DNA of 64,000 nucleotides from an uncultured Gemmatimonadales bacterium (GTDB lineage: Bacteria; Gemmatimonadota; Gemmatimonadetes; Gemmatimonadales; Gemmatimonadaceae): NCBI GenBank assembly GCA_963793305.1, contig CAWBZV010000002.1, positions 32,001 through 96,000 on the forward strand. The letters are read 5' to 3'. Shown piece after piece: positions 45,138 through 55,283 of this stretch; position 1 is the stretch's first letter; each line of letters begins with the position of its first letter. Position numbers and translations under genes: made by a program. The notes beneath the pieces were generated by a model, which was not told the origin of the DNA, ran no database searches, and worked only from the letters and a program-made list of their open reading frames with translations.

Positions 45138-47160
45138 GGTAATCGGCCGCCGCTGCGAAGAACCGCACCCAGCTCCGATAGAGGAACAGGTCATGCACCT
45201 CGTCGGGGATGATCATCTGCTCGAACTCGACGTTCTGCGCGCGGAGCGCGGTGATCAGCTCCGGCGCCTGCGCGTAGGGCACGTTCCGATCGTCATCCGC
45301 CTGCACGATCAGCACCGGTGAGCGCCAGCCATGGACCGCGGCCATCGGTGACGACTGATACGCCACGCGGGCCTCGTCGCGCGTCGTGTCGAACGGTGGT
45401 GCGAAGAGAAACGCGCGCCAGTCGTGGACACCAGCGTAGTCGACGCCGGCGGCGAACAGGTCGGAGTAGCGCGAGAGCGCCTGCGCGGTCATGAGCCCTC
45501 CGTAGCTACCGCCCCATACGCCAATGTGCGCGGGATCCACGTCCGCCCGGTTCCGCAGATACAGCCCGGCGCCTTGGATATCCTGATTCTCGCTCGCGCC
45601 GTTCGCGCCGAAGTTCGCCGGCTTGCGGAAATTGAGCCCGTAGCCAATGCCGCCACGGTAATTCACCGACAGCACGACAAACCCTCGGCTCGCGAGATAT
45701 TGGTTCATCGCGTACATGTAGCTGTACGCGTCCATCATGTGCCATCCGAGCAGCATCTGGCGAATCGGCCCGCCATGAAAGAACACGACCGCCGGATGAC
45801 GCCCGCTGCCCGACGGCGCGAAGAGCTGCGCGTGGATCATCATGCCGTCGCCCGATGAGAAGACGACTTGCTCGGGAACAACGAGCTTCGCCGCCGGAAA
45901 GTCGGCCGGGATCGCCTCCATTGCGAGATCGCGCACGGCGCTCGTGACGATCGCGGGATGCATCGGACGCCGCGCGTCCGAACGCAACACCGCCACGGTC
46001 TTCCCATCGCTCGCCACGACCGGATAGCTCTCGATCCCGGTGCCCGGCGTCAGCTCGACCGGCCGGCCGCCGCTGACCGCGACGCGCCATACGTGCTGGC
46101 GATCAATGTCGTTCTCGTTTCCGGCGTAGACCAAGTCTTGCCGGTTTGGGTTCATCGACGCCGTGAAAATCTCGAAGTCGCCTGGCGTCAACTCGGTCGT
46201 GGCGCCACCCCGCGCGGCAATACTATAGAGGTGGAGCCAGCCCGACTTCTCCCACGGAAAGACGATCCGGTCGCCCGCGCCCCAGAACAGCTGATGGTCG
46301 GCCACCAGCTGCTGGTACAGACTACCGGACCCCTGATCGGCGGTAAAGACGGCATGTCCGATCCCAGTGGCGGCATCAGCGACCCAGATCGACCACGGAC
46401 GACCGGTGCGCCCCTCGAGAAAGAAGTTAGGCCCTCCGGTGGGCACGCGCACAAATGCGAGGTGCGTCCCATCGGGCGACCACTCGGGGTCTCCATCGCG
46501 ATCGACACTCGGCGCGAGCCACACCACCGATTTCGCGGCGACATCATAGACGCCCACGAAGTCGTGGTCACCGCGCGCGCTCACGAACGCCAGCTTCGAT
46601 CCATCAGTTGACCAGCGGAGCGAACCACTGCGGCCCTTCTCGCTGATCAGCGATTCAGACTTGCCGCTGCCATCGAGATGCGCGGCCCAGATGTGGCCGC
46701 CCGACTCGTACGCTACGATATCGCCCTTCGGCGAGACCAATGCCCCGTGCCCGTCACCGAGTTTCCTTGGCGCGCCTCCATGGACGCTGACGGCGAATAG
46801 CTCTTGCCCGAGATCGCCCGACGGCAGACTGAGCGGATTCGTTCGCGAACCAGGACCGAGGCTGCCGCGGGCGTAGACGATGGTCTCGCCGTCCGGGCTC
46901 CAGGCCAACTCACCGAGCTCCTGGCCGTCGTCCCCCGTGTATGAGGTCACCGCCCGAGCCGCATATCCCCCATCGGCGCCGGGCTCGGCCACCCATACAT
47001 TGCGGCTGCCCCTGGCGTTGAACACCCAGGCGATACGTCCTTTCGCCGGGGCCGCCGTCAGCTCCGTGGGGAAGGGCGCACCGAGGGCCTGCTCGATCGT
47101 AAACGCGGGAGCTTGGGCAGCCAGAGGCGCGGCGAGCAGCACGACGAAAGCGAAGCGCAT
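45100..47160 (-). CDS. S9 prolyl oligopeptidase family peptidase
   Basis: WSPDG propeller repeats, HGGP, NYRGG.GYG, GGSYG, DDRNV and EVH motifs. Confidence 0.92.
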   Translation of the reverse strand: MRFAFVVLLAAPLAAQAPAFTIEQALGAPFPTELTAAPAKGRIAWVFNARGSRNVWVAEPGADGGYAARAVTSYTGDDGQELGELAWSPDGETIVYARGSLGPGSRTNPLSLPSGDLGQELFAVSVHGGAPRKLGDGHGALVSPKGDIVAYESGGHIWAAHLDGSGKSESLISEKGRSGSLRWSTDGSKLAFVSARGDHDFVGVYDVAAKSVVWLAPSVDRDGDPEWSPDGTHLAFVRVPTGGPNFFLEGRTGRPWSIWVADAATGIGHAVFTADQGSGSLYQQLVADHQLFWGAGDRIVFPWEKSGWLHLYSIAARGGATTELTPGDFEIFTASMNPNRQDLVYAGNENDIDRQHVWRVAVSGGRPVELTPGTGIESYPVVASDGKTVAVLRSDARRPMHPAIVTSAVRDLAMEAIPADFPAAKLVVPEQVVFSSGDGMMIHAQLFAPSGSGRHPAVVFFHGGPIRQMLLGWHMMDAYSYMYAMNQYLASRGFVVLSVNYRGGIGYGLNFRKPANFGANGASENQDIQGAGLYLRNRADVDPAHIGVWGGSYGGLMTAQALSRYSDLFAAGVDYAGVHDWRAFLFAPPFDTTRDEARVAYQSSPMAAVHGWRSPVLIVQADDDRNVPYAQAPELITALRAQNVEFEQMIIPDEVHDLFLYRSWVRFFAAAADYLSRHLQNSPGHV

Positions 47161-47190
47161 AGTCTCGTGTGGTGTTATAGTAGAGGACTT

Positions 47191-48960
47191 ATGTATACAC
47201 TCTGTATACTTGTCGCCGCAACCGTAACCGGGTTATCCCCCCAAACCCCCAAGGGGCGTTCGCTGGCGCAGGCCGCCGATTCGAACGTCCAAGTCACGTG
47301 GGGCGTGCGGATTCCCATGCGGGACGGCGTCGTCCTGAACGCGACCGTCTACGGGCCGGCGGCGGTCACCGCTCAGCTCCCCGTGGTGTTCGAGCTCACG
47401 CCGTACATCTCCGACACGTATAACGATCGCGGGATGTACTTCGCCCGCCACGGCTACCGCTTCGCCATCGTCGACGTGCGCGGGCGCGGCAACTCCGCGG
47501 GCACGGCGCACTTCATGGCCGATGCAAAGAATGGCTACGACATCGTCGAGTGGCTCGCGCGCCAACCGTGGTGCAATGGCAAGGTCGCCATGTGGGGCGG
47601 CTCGTACGCGGGCGAGGACCAGTGGGCGACCGCGAAGGAGCACCCGCCGCATCTCGCCACCATCGTGCCCGCGGCAGCGGCGTATCCCAGTGTCGATTTT
47701 CCGTTCTACGCCAACGTGTTCGGCTCGTACGATACCCAGTGGCTGACACTCGTGAGCGGCGTGACGCCGCAAGACCATCTGTTCGGCGAGAGCAACTACT
47801 GGATCGACCGGTTCCACGCGCTCTATGCGCGCCACCTCCCGTTCGCGTCGCTCGATAGCGTCGTCGGGAATCACGAGACGGCATTTCACGAGTGGCTCGC
47901 GCATCCCATTCCCGATGCGCATTGGGACTCGCTGGTGCCGACGCCGGACCAGTACGCGGCCATTCGCATGCCGGTGTTGACGATCACCGGGCACTACGAT
48001 GGCGATCAGCGCGGAGCGCTCGAGTACTACCGCCGCCACATGCAGTCCGGCGCCGCCGACCACTATCTCATCATCGGACCATGGGATCACGCCGGGACTC
48101 GCACGCCGCGGGATGAGGTCGGCGGGCTCAAGTTCGGCCCGGCATCCCTCGTGGATCTCCCCGCGCTACACGTCGCGTGGTACGACTGGACAATGAAAGG
48201 CGGTCCGAAGCCCGAGTTTCTCAAAAAACGCGTCGCCTACTATCTGCCGGGCACCGGCGCCGAGGTCTGGAAGTACGCCGATAGCCTCGGCGGTATCGGA
48301 GCGCACCCGGAGGCGCTCTATCTCGGCGGCCATTCGATCGACGCCTTCTCGTCGGGTACACTCGGTGCTGAGAAGGGAAGCGGCGCACCGGATCGTTGGA
48401 CCTACGACCCCTTGGACACGCGACCCGGCGATGAGCTGGAGCGCGGGGACATCGACAATACGACGACCGATCAACGCTACGCGTTGAACCTGTACGGCGC
48501 CGGCGTCGTCTATCACACCGCGCCATTTGCCGAAGCCACGGAAGTCACCGGGTGGCTGCACCTGACGCTCTGGCTCGCCATGGATGTGCCGGATGCGGAT
48601 CTCAGCGTAACGGTATCAGAGATCGAGCCAGACGGCCGGAGTATTGCGCTCACCGACGCGATGCTGCGGGCCCGATATCGCGAGTCACCTCGTCGTGAAG
48701 CCCTCGTCAAGTCGGGTGAAATACAGCGATACGACTTCAGTAATTTCCAGTTCTTCTCGCGACGCATCGCGAAGGGCAGCCGGCTGCGTCTCGTGATCAG
48801 CTCGCCGAACTCGATCTACGTCGAAAAGAATTACAACTCGGGCGGAGTCGTCGCGAATGAGAGCGGGAAGGATGCCCGCACCGCGCACATCACGCTCTAT
48901 CACGACGCGGAACACCCGAGTGCGCTAGAGATACCGGTCGTTCGACCGGTGGTACAGTAA
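47191..48960 (+). CDS. CocE/NonD family hydrolase
   Basis: IPMRDGVVL, LTPY, DVRGRG.S, GGSYAG and IGPWDH motifs. Start uncertain. Confidence 0.9.
   Translation: MYTLCILVAATVTGLSPQTPKGRSLAQAADSNVQVTWGVRIPMRDGVVLNATVYGPAAVTAQLPVVFELTPYISDTYNDRGMYFARHGYRFAIVDVRGRGNSAGTAHFMADAKNGYDIVEWLARQPWCNGKVAMWGGSYAGEDQWATAKEHPPHLATIVPAAAAYPSVDFPFYANVFGSYDTQWLTLVSGVTPQDHLFGESNYWIDRFHALYARHLPFASLDSVVGNHETAFHEWLAHPIPDAHWDSLVPTPDQYAAIRMPVLTITGHYDGDQRGALEYYRRHMQSGAADHYLIIGPWDHAGTRTPRDEVGGLKFGPASLVDLPALHVAWYDWTMKGGPKPEFLKKRVAYYLPGTGAEVWKYADSLGGIGAHPEALYLGGHSIDAFSSGTLGAEKGSGAPDRWTYDPLDTRPGDELERGDIDNTTTDQRYALNLYGAGVVYHTAPFAEATEVTGWLHLTLWLAMDVPDADLSVTVSEIEPDGRSIALTDAMLRARYRESPRREALVKSGEIQRYDFSNFQFFSRRIAKGSRLRLVISSPNSIYVEKNYNSGGVVANESGKDARTAHITLYHDAEHPSALEIPVVRPVVQ
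47193..47209. promoter_or_regulatory. Tandem GTATAC-N5-GTATAC operator, copy 2
   Basis: atGTATACactctGTATACt. Confidence 0.75.
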
Positions 48961-48962
48961 TC

Positions 48963-50291
48963 GTGACGCGCACGCTGGCACGCGTTCTCCGCCTCGGCGA
49001 TCTCGTCTACATCGTACTCGGCACGGTCATCGGCTCGGGGATCTTCCTGCTGCCCGGCCCCGTGCTGCAGGAAACCGGCGGCCACGTCGGTCTCGCGCTC
49101 GGCGTCTGGGTGGCCGGTGGCCTCCTGTCGTTTCTGGGCGCGATTACGTACGCCGAGCTCGGCGCGATGATGCCGCAAGCTGGTGGCATTTACATTTACA
49201 TTCGCGACGCGTTCGGTCGCCCCAGCGCATTTCTCTTCGGCTGGATGCTGTTCACCGTCATCGCGCCGGCGTCCGTCGCCACGCTGGCCGTGGGATCCAC
49301 GGCATATCTCCAAGAGCTCGTGCCCCTCTCCAGTATCGCGTCGCGGGCCGTCGCGCTCGGCATGATCGTCGTACTTGCCCTGCTCAACATCCGCGGCACC
49401 AAGGAGAGCGCGCGGGTGCAGGACTGGACCACGGCGGTGAAAGTCGGTGCGATCGTACTCATGAGCGTCGCGCTCCTCGCCGTCGGTCGCGTCGCCGGGC
49501 CGGCCACCGCGGCCACCGCGCCGGTCGCGCCCGGGCCCGGACTCCTGACCGGCATCGGCGTCGCGATGGTCGCGGTCCTGTGGGCGTACGAGGGTTGGAC
49601 CTACGTCACGTTCTCCGCCGGAGAGACGCTCGAGCCGCAGCGCACGTTCCCGCGCGCGATCGCGATCGGCACCGGTGCCTTGATCGCGTTGTATCTCCTG
49701 GCGAACCTCGGCTATCTCGCCGTGCTCGGACCGGCCACGGTCGCCAAATCCGACCGCGTGGCCTCGGAAGCGGTCCGCGCGGCGTTCGGTCCCGCGGCCG
49801 GCCGCGCGATCGCCGTGGTCGTGCTGCTGTCGATGTTCAGTGCCGTGAACGCGATTCTCTTGACCGCCCCGCGCGTGTTCTACGCGATGGCCAAAGACGG
49901 CCTTTTCTTCCGCAAGCTCGCCGAGATACACCCTCGGCTCGGCACGCCCGCCATCGCGATCGCCGCCACGGCCCTATGGTCGATGGTCCTGGCGGCGAGC
50001 GGCACGTACACGCAGCTCCTGACCTACGTGGTGTTCACAGCGTGGATCTTCTACGGCCTCGGGGCCGTCAGCGTATTTGTCTTCCGGCGCACGCGGCCCG
50101 ACGCGCCGCGTCCATTCCGGGTGCCTGGCTATCCGTGGACGCCGGCCCTCTTCGTCTTAGCGGCGCTCGGCATTGTCATCGCGACGCTGGTCGGTCAGCC
50201 CGCGCGCGCGATAGCCGGCTTGGCCGCGCTCGCGCTCGGGATGCCCGCCTATCTCATTTGGCGGCGGTCAGCACCTGTCGGCGAGCCGTAA
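48963..50291 (+). CDS. APC-family amino acid permease
   Basis: IGSGIF, YAELG..P.AGG.Y.Y, WAYEGW and RPFRVPGYP motifs. Confidence 0.92.
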   Translation: MTRTLARVLRLGDLVYIVLGTVIGSGIFLLPGPVLQETGGHVGLALGVWVAGGLLSFLGAITYAELGAMMPQAGGIYIYIRDAFGRPSAFLFGWMLFTVIAPASVATLAVGSTAYLQELVPLSSIASRAVALGMIVVLALLNIRGTKESARVQDWTTAVKVGAIVLMSVALLAVGRVAGPATAATAPVAPGPGLLTGIGVAMVAVLWAYEGWTYVTFSAGETLEPQRTFPRAIAIGTGALIALYLLANLGYLAVLGPATVAKSDRVASEAVRAAFGPAAGRAIAVVVLLSMFSAVNAILLTAPRVFYAMAKDGLFFRKLAEIHPRLGTPAIAIAATALWSMVLAASGTYTQLLTYVVFTAWIFYGLGAVSVFVFRRTRPDAPRPFRVPGYPWTPALFVLAALGIVIATLVGQPARAIAGLAALALGMPAYLIWRRSAPVGEP

Positions 50292-51372
50292 GATCGTCCA
50301 CGCGGTCGACATCGACCGTGACGCCAAGGCCCGGTGACTCGCGCGGCACCTTCACCATCCCGTCGGCGTCCATCGTCCACTCGGGCGTGACGATGTCGCG
50401 GTCCCAGTAGCGCGCGCTCGGGCTCAGGTCGCCCGGGAGTGTGAAGTTCGGCAGCGACGCCAACGCGACGTTGTACGCCCGGCCGATGCCACTCTCCAAC
50501 ATGCCCCCGCACCACACCGGAACGCCCAGATCATGAATGGCGCGCGCGGCGGCGAATCCTCCCACCCGGCCGGGCTTGATGTTGATGATCTTCCCCGAGC
50601 CGAGCGTCAGCATGTCCTGGGCGCGCTCGAGGCTGGTGATCGATTCGTCGAGGCAAATTGGCGTCGCCAGTCGTCGCTGTAGCGCGGCATGACGCACGAG
50701 GTCATCCTCGCCCAGCGGCTGCTCTATCATGATGAGATTGAACGCGTCCAGCTTCGCGAGGTGGTCCGCCTGGGCGAGCGTGTACGCCGAGTTGGCATCG
50801 GCCATGATGCTGACGTCGGCCCCTAGCGCCTTCCGGACGGCGGCCACGTACTCGACGTCTTTGCCCGGCATGATCTTGACTTTGATCTTGCGATAGCCGG
50901 CGGCCAGCGCGTCTTTCGCGCGCGTCACCAGCGCGTCGGGCGTCGCCTGGATGCCGAGCGAGATACCCGTGACGACGCGATCGCGCGTCCCGCCGAGGAT
51001 CTCCGCCAAAGGCTTGCCCGCGCGCAGCGCCGAAAGGCCCCAGATGCCCATCTCGACGGCGGCCTTGGCCATGTTGTGCCCCCGGAGATCGTCGTCGAGC
51101 GCCGGCTTGACTTGAGAGGGTGAGCCGAACGCAATGCCGAGTACGCGAGGCGCCAGCCACGACGTGATCGCCATCCACGCGGTATCAATAGTCTCGGGGG
51201 AATAGATGGGGTTTTGAAACGCCACGCACTCGGACCACGCGACGTTGCCGTCGGAGTCCCGCAACTCCAGCAGCAGGATGCGCCGATCGCTCATGACGCC
51301 CGACGAGATGCGGAATGGCTCGCGCAGCGTCAGTCGGATCTCGCGGAGCGCGAGCTCAGCGACCCGGATCAT
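50254..51372 (-). CDS. menC: o-succinylbenzoate synthase / N-succinylamino acid racemase (NSAR/OSBS subfamily)
   Basis: Enolase-superfamily motifs KVK, DAN, EQP, LDES, NIKPGRVGG, WCGGMLESG and PGDLS. Confidence 0.88.
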   Translation of the reverse strand: MIRVAELALREIRLTLREPFRISSGVMSDRRILLLELRDSDGNVAWSECVAFQNPIYSPETIDTAWMAITSWLAPRVLGIAFGSPSQVKPALDDDLRGHNMAKAAVEMGIWGLSALRAGKPLAEILGGTRDRVVTGISLGIQATPDALVTRAKDALAAGYRKIKVKIMPGKDVEYVAAVRKALGADVSIMADANSAYTLAQADHLAKLDAFNLIMIEQPLGEDDLVRHAALQRRLATPICLDESITSLERAQDMLTLGSGKIINIKPGRVGGFAAARAIHDLGVPVWCGGMLESGIGRAYNVALASLPNFTLPGDLSPSARYWDRDIVTPEWTMDADGMVKVPRESPGLGVTVDVDRVDDLTARRQVLTAAK

Positions 51373-52120
51373 GCGTCAAGATGTAGTAGCCGAGTTGCGC
51401 TTGCGTGTCGCGCGCAAAGCCGTCGACGCGATACCCGTTCTCGAGTGCCCACAGGAATGCGGGTCGCGTCCGCATGCGCCACGTCGCGCCCGCGGACGGG
51501 TCCGTGCGCAGCAGCGCACCGATGTCGAGCGGGACGGCGACCTTGAGTCGCGGCGGACAGTCGGTCGGCGTGCCATCGAGCAGCGGAATGCCGTCGGGGA
51601 TTGCCAGAGGCCGCGGCGTGGGGCGATCGAGCTCCCACGATGCGATGAACCGGTCCGTGCCTTTGAGGCCACGGAAGAGAATCGAATCCGAGGCCCCGTA
51701 CATATCGGGGACGTAGTCGAGGACGTCGACGCCGAGGCGGTTCAGGTTCAGGTGCGCGTTCTTGGCTTGCAGCGGATCGAACGTCCAGCGCATGCGCTTG
51801 ACGCCCAGGCCGCGAAGCACTTCGCGCTGGTACTCCTTGAGATGCCGGCCGATACCGGCGTTCCGCTCGCTCTCGCGGACGCCAAGCTGGTGCGACCAGT
51901 GGACGAGCTCACCGTTGTCGACACCGGTGATGCCGAACACGAATCCAATGAGGGCGCCGTCCGTGTCGAATGCGCCGACGGCGATGCCCCCGACTTTTTG
52001 GACGATCTTGAGGATCGCCGGCGGCACGGTATCAGAATAGTCCGCGCCCCACACCTCGTGCTGAATCGCGACACACGCGCGGTAGTCCTCGGCGGACTCC
52101 AGAGATCGGATCGTGGTCAT
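51356..52120 (-). CDS. GNAT N-acyltransferase (putative D-amino acid N-succinyltransferase)
   Basis: HWSHQLGV, GIGRHLK and WTFDPL..NA.LN.RLG motifs. Coupled to the NSAR/OSBS gene. Confidence 0.8.
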   Translation of the reverse strand: MTTIRSLESAEDYRACVAIQHEVWGADYSDTVPPAILKIVQKVGGIAVGAFDTDGALIGFVFGITGVDNGELVHWSHQLGVRESERNAGIGRHLKEYQREVLRGLGVKRMRWTFDPLQAKNAHLNLNRLGVDVLDYVPDMYGASDSILFRGLKGTDRFIASWELDRPTPRPLAIPDGIPLLDGTPTDCPPRLKVAVPLDIGALLRTDPSAGATWRMRTRPAFLWALENGYRVDGFARDTQAQLGYYILTHDPGR

Positions 52121-52152
52121 GCCAGGGCGGGGTAAGTAAATGTGCGCATATT

Positions 52153-52169
52153 GTATACAGCCAGTATAC
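52153..52169. promoter_or_regulatory. Tandem GTATAC-N5-GTATAC operator, copy 3
   Basis: ttGTATACagccaGTATACc, upstream of the GNAT gene. Confidence 0.8.
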
Positions 52170-52269
52170 CATTGGAAAAGGCCCCAGGCCATACGGAAGC
52201 GCCCGCCCGCAGGTTTCACGGCACCCTTGTGCGCGAGCCGTTCCGCGCGTATCGTCGCGAGCACGGAAT

Positions 52270-52286
52270 GTATACACTAGGTATAC
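52270..52286. promoter_or_regulatory. Tandem GTATAC-N5-GTATAC operator, copy 4
   Basis: atGTATACactagGTATACc, upstream of the SusC-like gene. Confidence 0.8.
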
Positions 52287-52311
52287 CGGCGGCCTTCCAG
52301 GAGGTGGGCGA

Positions 52312-55281
52312 ATGCATGAGCGTGGTCGGTGGTGGCTCGTTGCTCTCGCGTGGGTCGGGCTGGCGGGGGTAGCGGGAGCGCAGGGACCCGGAGGCACGGT
52401 CTCCGGCTCTGTCGTCAGGGCAAGCGGGTCCGCCCCGATCGAGGCGGCGCAGGTTGGCGTCGAGGGGCGCACGATTGGCGCCGTCACCAATGTCCGGGGC
52501 CGCTTCGTCATCAACGGCCTCACCGGCGATTCCGTGACGCTCGTCGTCCGGCGCCTGGGATTCAGCTCCGCACGCCGCACCGTCGCGGTCGGCGCCCGCA
52601 ATGTGGAGGTCGCGCTCGACGAAACGGCCGTGAAGCTCGACGAGATCGTCACCACCGGTACCCCGGGCGAAGTGCAGCAGCGCTCACTGGGGAATGCGGT
52701 GTCGACGATCGACGCGGCACCGGCGCTCCAACAGTCCGGTTCTCCCGATCTCGGCAATTTGATACAAGGACGGGCCGCCGGCGTGTCGATCATCCCCGGC
52801 AGCGCGATGGTCGGCGCCGGTCCGGCGATCCAGATCCGTGGCGTGAACACGATATCATTGCACTCCCAGCCGTTGCTCTACATCAATGGCGTCCGCGTGG
52901 CCAACGACGCCGGCACGGGTCCCCAAGGTCCGAACGTCCAGGGCAACCAGGTCACGTCGCGGCTCGACGACATCAACCCGGAAGAGATCGAGAGCATTCA
53001 GATCATCAAGGGCCCGGCCGCCGCCACGATCTATGGAACGGAAGCGTCCAACGGCGTGATCCAAGTCATCACGAAGCGCGGTGTGGCCGGGAAACCCGCG
53101 TTCGACATCCAGGCGCGTCAGGGTGCCATGTGGTTTCCGGATCAAGCTGGTCGGATGCCCACGAACTATTTCATCAACCCCTCAACCAGTAAGCTCGACT
53201 CGTGGAACGGCGCCGCGGTGGCCGACGCATCCGGCACCCCGCTCTTTCGCACGGCCGACCAGGTCGGGCTCTCGGGTTCGGTCGCCGGCGGCACGCAACA
53301 AGTGACCTACCGCATCGGCGCCGACTACGACTATGACAATGGCGTCGACCGCACCAATGCACAGCGGCGTCTCGCGGCCACGAGCAACGTGCTGTACCAT
53401 GCGACGCAGACGCTCGATGTTGGTTCCACGCTGTATATCGTTCATAACCATGCGGCCCTGGGTCAGGAGAACGGGCTCAGCCCGATGTTCGGAGCGCTCT
53501 TTGGCTCACCGGCCTTTTTCCCCAACAGCGATGGCTACTATCAAGCGCCGCCGTCGGCCGAGAATTCTGGGGTGTTCTCCAATACCCAGGACTTGAACGG
53601 GTTCACGGGGACGGCGACGGTCACGAACCGTCCGACCAGTTGGTTCAGTCATCGATTGATCGTCGGGTATGACCAGCGCAACGAGACCAATCAGGGACTG
53701 ATCAACTTCATGCCGGCGTCGGTCGCTCAGTACTTCCCTCCGGTGACGGCGGAGGGGTCGAACAGCGTGCAGAATCGCAACACGCAGACCACGACGTTCG
53801 ATTACGCGGGCACGTTTTCGCTGCCGCTCCTCGCGTCCCTGAAATCCAACACATCGCTCGGCGCGCAATGGTATTCACGCCACATCGATTCGACCGACGT
53901 CGACGCCTCTGAGTTCCCGGGTCCAGGCGTGTCAGCGATATCGGGCGCGGCGGTGATCCGGACCGATGGCGATTTCGTCACCAACAACACGCTCGGCTTC
54001 TACGGCCAGCAAACGTTCAACTGGCGCGACCGGCTGTTCATTACGGGCGCGGTCCGCGTCGACAACAACAGCGCGTTCGGCTCGAATTTCAAATGGGTCA
54101 CCTATCCCAAGGTCGCAGGCAGTTGGGTGGTCAGCGACGAGAGCTTCTGGGGGATTCACGCGATCGACAAGCTCCAACTCCGCGCGGCCTACGGCGAGTC
54201 CGGCAATCAGCCGCCGAATTTCGCCGCGCTCCCCTTGTATGTGTCGGCGGCCGGCCCGAACGGCTCGGTGGTCGCGACACCATTCGCGCCAGGCAACCCG
54301 AACCTGCAACCCGAGCGCGGCCAGGAGATCGAGGTCGGATTTACGGCCAGCGTGCTCACGCGCATCGGCATCGACTTCACGTACTACTCCCGGAACACGA
54401 CCAACGAGATTCTCTCCGAGAATCTGCCCCCGTCCAAGGGTTCCCCCGGCGTGGAATTCATCAACGCCGGCAAGGTGTACAGTCACGGATTCGAGATTCA
54501 GGCCACGGCGCAGGTGCTGCGCGATGGACCGGTCGGCCTCGACCTCTTCGCGAACACGTCGACGGACGCCAACGAGATCACCAATTTCGGCGGCCTGCCG
54601 CCATTTAACCCGTCCCCCTCGCTGCCAATCACGTACGACGAGCAAGGGTTGCCGCTCAACACCTACTTCTCGAAGAAGGTCCTGAGCGCCACGCTCTCGA
54701 GCGGCGTAGCGACCAATCTCATGTGCGATGGCGGCGCGAAGGCGGGTCACGCGCCGGTGCCGTGCGCCAGCGCGCCGCTCGTGCCGGTCGGGCAGCCGGT
54801 GCCGAAGTTCGTGGGATCGGGCGGCTTCGACCTCACGCTGTTCCGAAAACTCCGGATTCACACGCTCGTCGACGCGCGGACCGGCTGGCAACTCTTCGAC
54901 GCCGACAACTATCTCCGCTGCATCGACTTCGGCTACTGCCTCGCCTCGTACAAGCCGCAGAACTACGATCCGCGCTATGTGGCGGCGCTGCAGAGCGATC
55001 ACGGCAGCCTGACATACATTCAGCCGTGGATCGAGAACGCCGACTTCGCCAAGCTGCGCGAGATCTCGGGCACGTTATCGCTGCCCGACGAGTGGGCGCG
55101 CTCAGTCCGCGCGAGCCACATCAGCGTGACGGTCGGTGGTCGCAATCTCCATACGTGGACGAGCTACAAAGGGCTCGATCCGGAGACGCGCGTCGACATC
55201 ACCGATTCGTTCGTACCGTTCAGCCAAGCCCTCGTCCCTCTGCCATCGCAGCTCTTCACCACGGTCAACCTGACGTTCTAA
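52312..55281 (+). CDS. SusC/RagA-family TonB-dependent receptor
   Basis: DINPEEIESIQIIKGPAAATIYGTEASNGVIQVITKRG signature, GNPNLQPE and terminal Phe. Confidence 0.95.
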   Translation: MHERGRWWLVALAWVGLAGVAGAQGPGGTVSGSVVRASGSAPIEAAQVGVEGRTIGAVTNVRGRFVINGLTGDSVTLVVRRLGFSSARRTVAVGARNVEVALDETAVKLDEIVTTGTPGEVQQRSLGNAVSTIDAAPALQQSGSPDLGNLIQGRAAGVSIIPGSAMVGAGPAIQIRGVNTISLHSQPLLYINGVRVANDAGTGPQGPNVQGNQVTSRLDDINPEEIESIQIIKGPAAATIYGTEASNGVIQVITKRGVAGKPAFDIQARQGAMWFPDQAGRMPTNYFINPSTSKLDSWNGAAVADASGTPLFRTADQVGLSGSVAGGTQQVTYRIGADYDYDNGVDRTNAQRRLAATSNVLYHATQTLDVGSTLYIVHNHAALGQENGLSPMFGALFGSPAFFPNSDGYYQAPPSAENSGVFSNTQDLNGFTGTATVTNRPTSWFSHRLIVGYDQRNETNQGLINFMPASVAQYFPPVTAEGSNSVQNRNTQTTTFDYAGTFSLPLLASLKSNTSLGAQWYSRHIDSTDVDASEFPGPGVSAISGAAVIRTDGDFVTNNTLGFYGQQTFNWRDRLFITGAVRVDNNSAFGSNFKWVTYPKVAGSWVVSDESFWGIHAIDKLQLRAAYGESGNQPPNFAALPLYVSAAGPNGSVVATPFAPGNPNLQPERGQEIEVGFTASVLTRIGIDFTYYSRNTTNEILSENLPPSKGSPGVEFINAGKVYSHGFEIQATAQVLRDGPVGLDLFANTSTDANEITNFGGLPPFNPSPSLPITYDEQGLPLNTYFSKKVLSATLSSGVATNLMCDGGAKAGHAPVPCASAPLVPVGQPVPKFVGSGGFDLTLFRKLRIHTLVDARTGWQLFDADNYLRCIDFGYCLASYKPQNYDPRYVAALQSDHGSLTYIQPWIENADFAKLREISGTLSLPDEWARSVRASHISVTVGGRNLHTWTSYKGLDPETRVDITDSFVPFSQALVPLPSQLFTTVNLTF

Positions 55282-55283
55282 CT

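Noticed and set aside
50254..51372. Menaquinone biosynthesis operon
   Set aside because: No other men genes are nearby, and GNAT coupling points to the racemase role.
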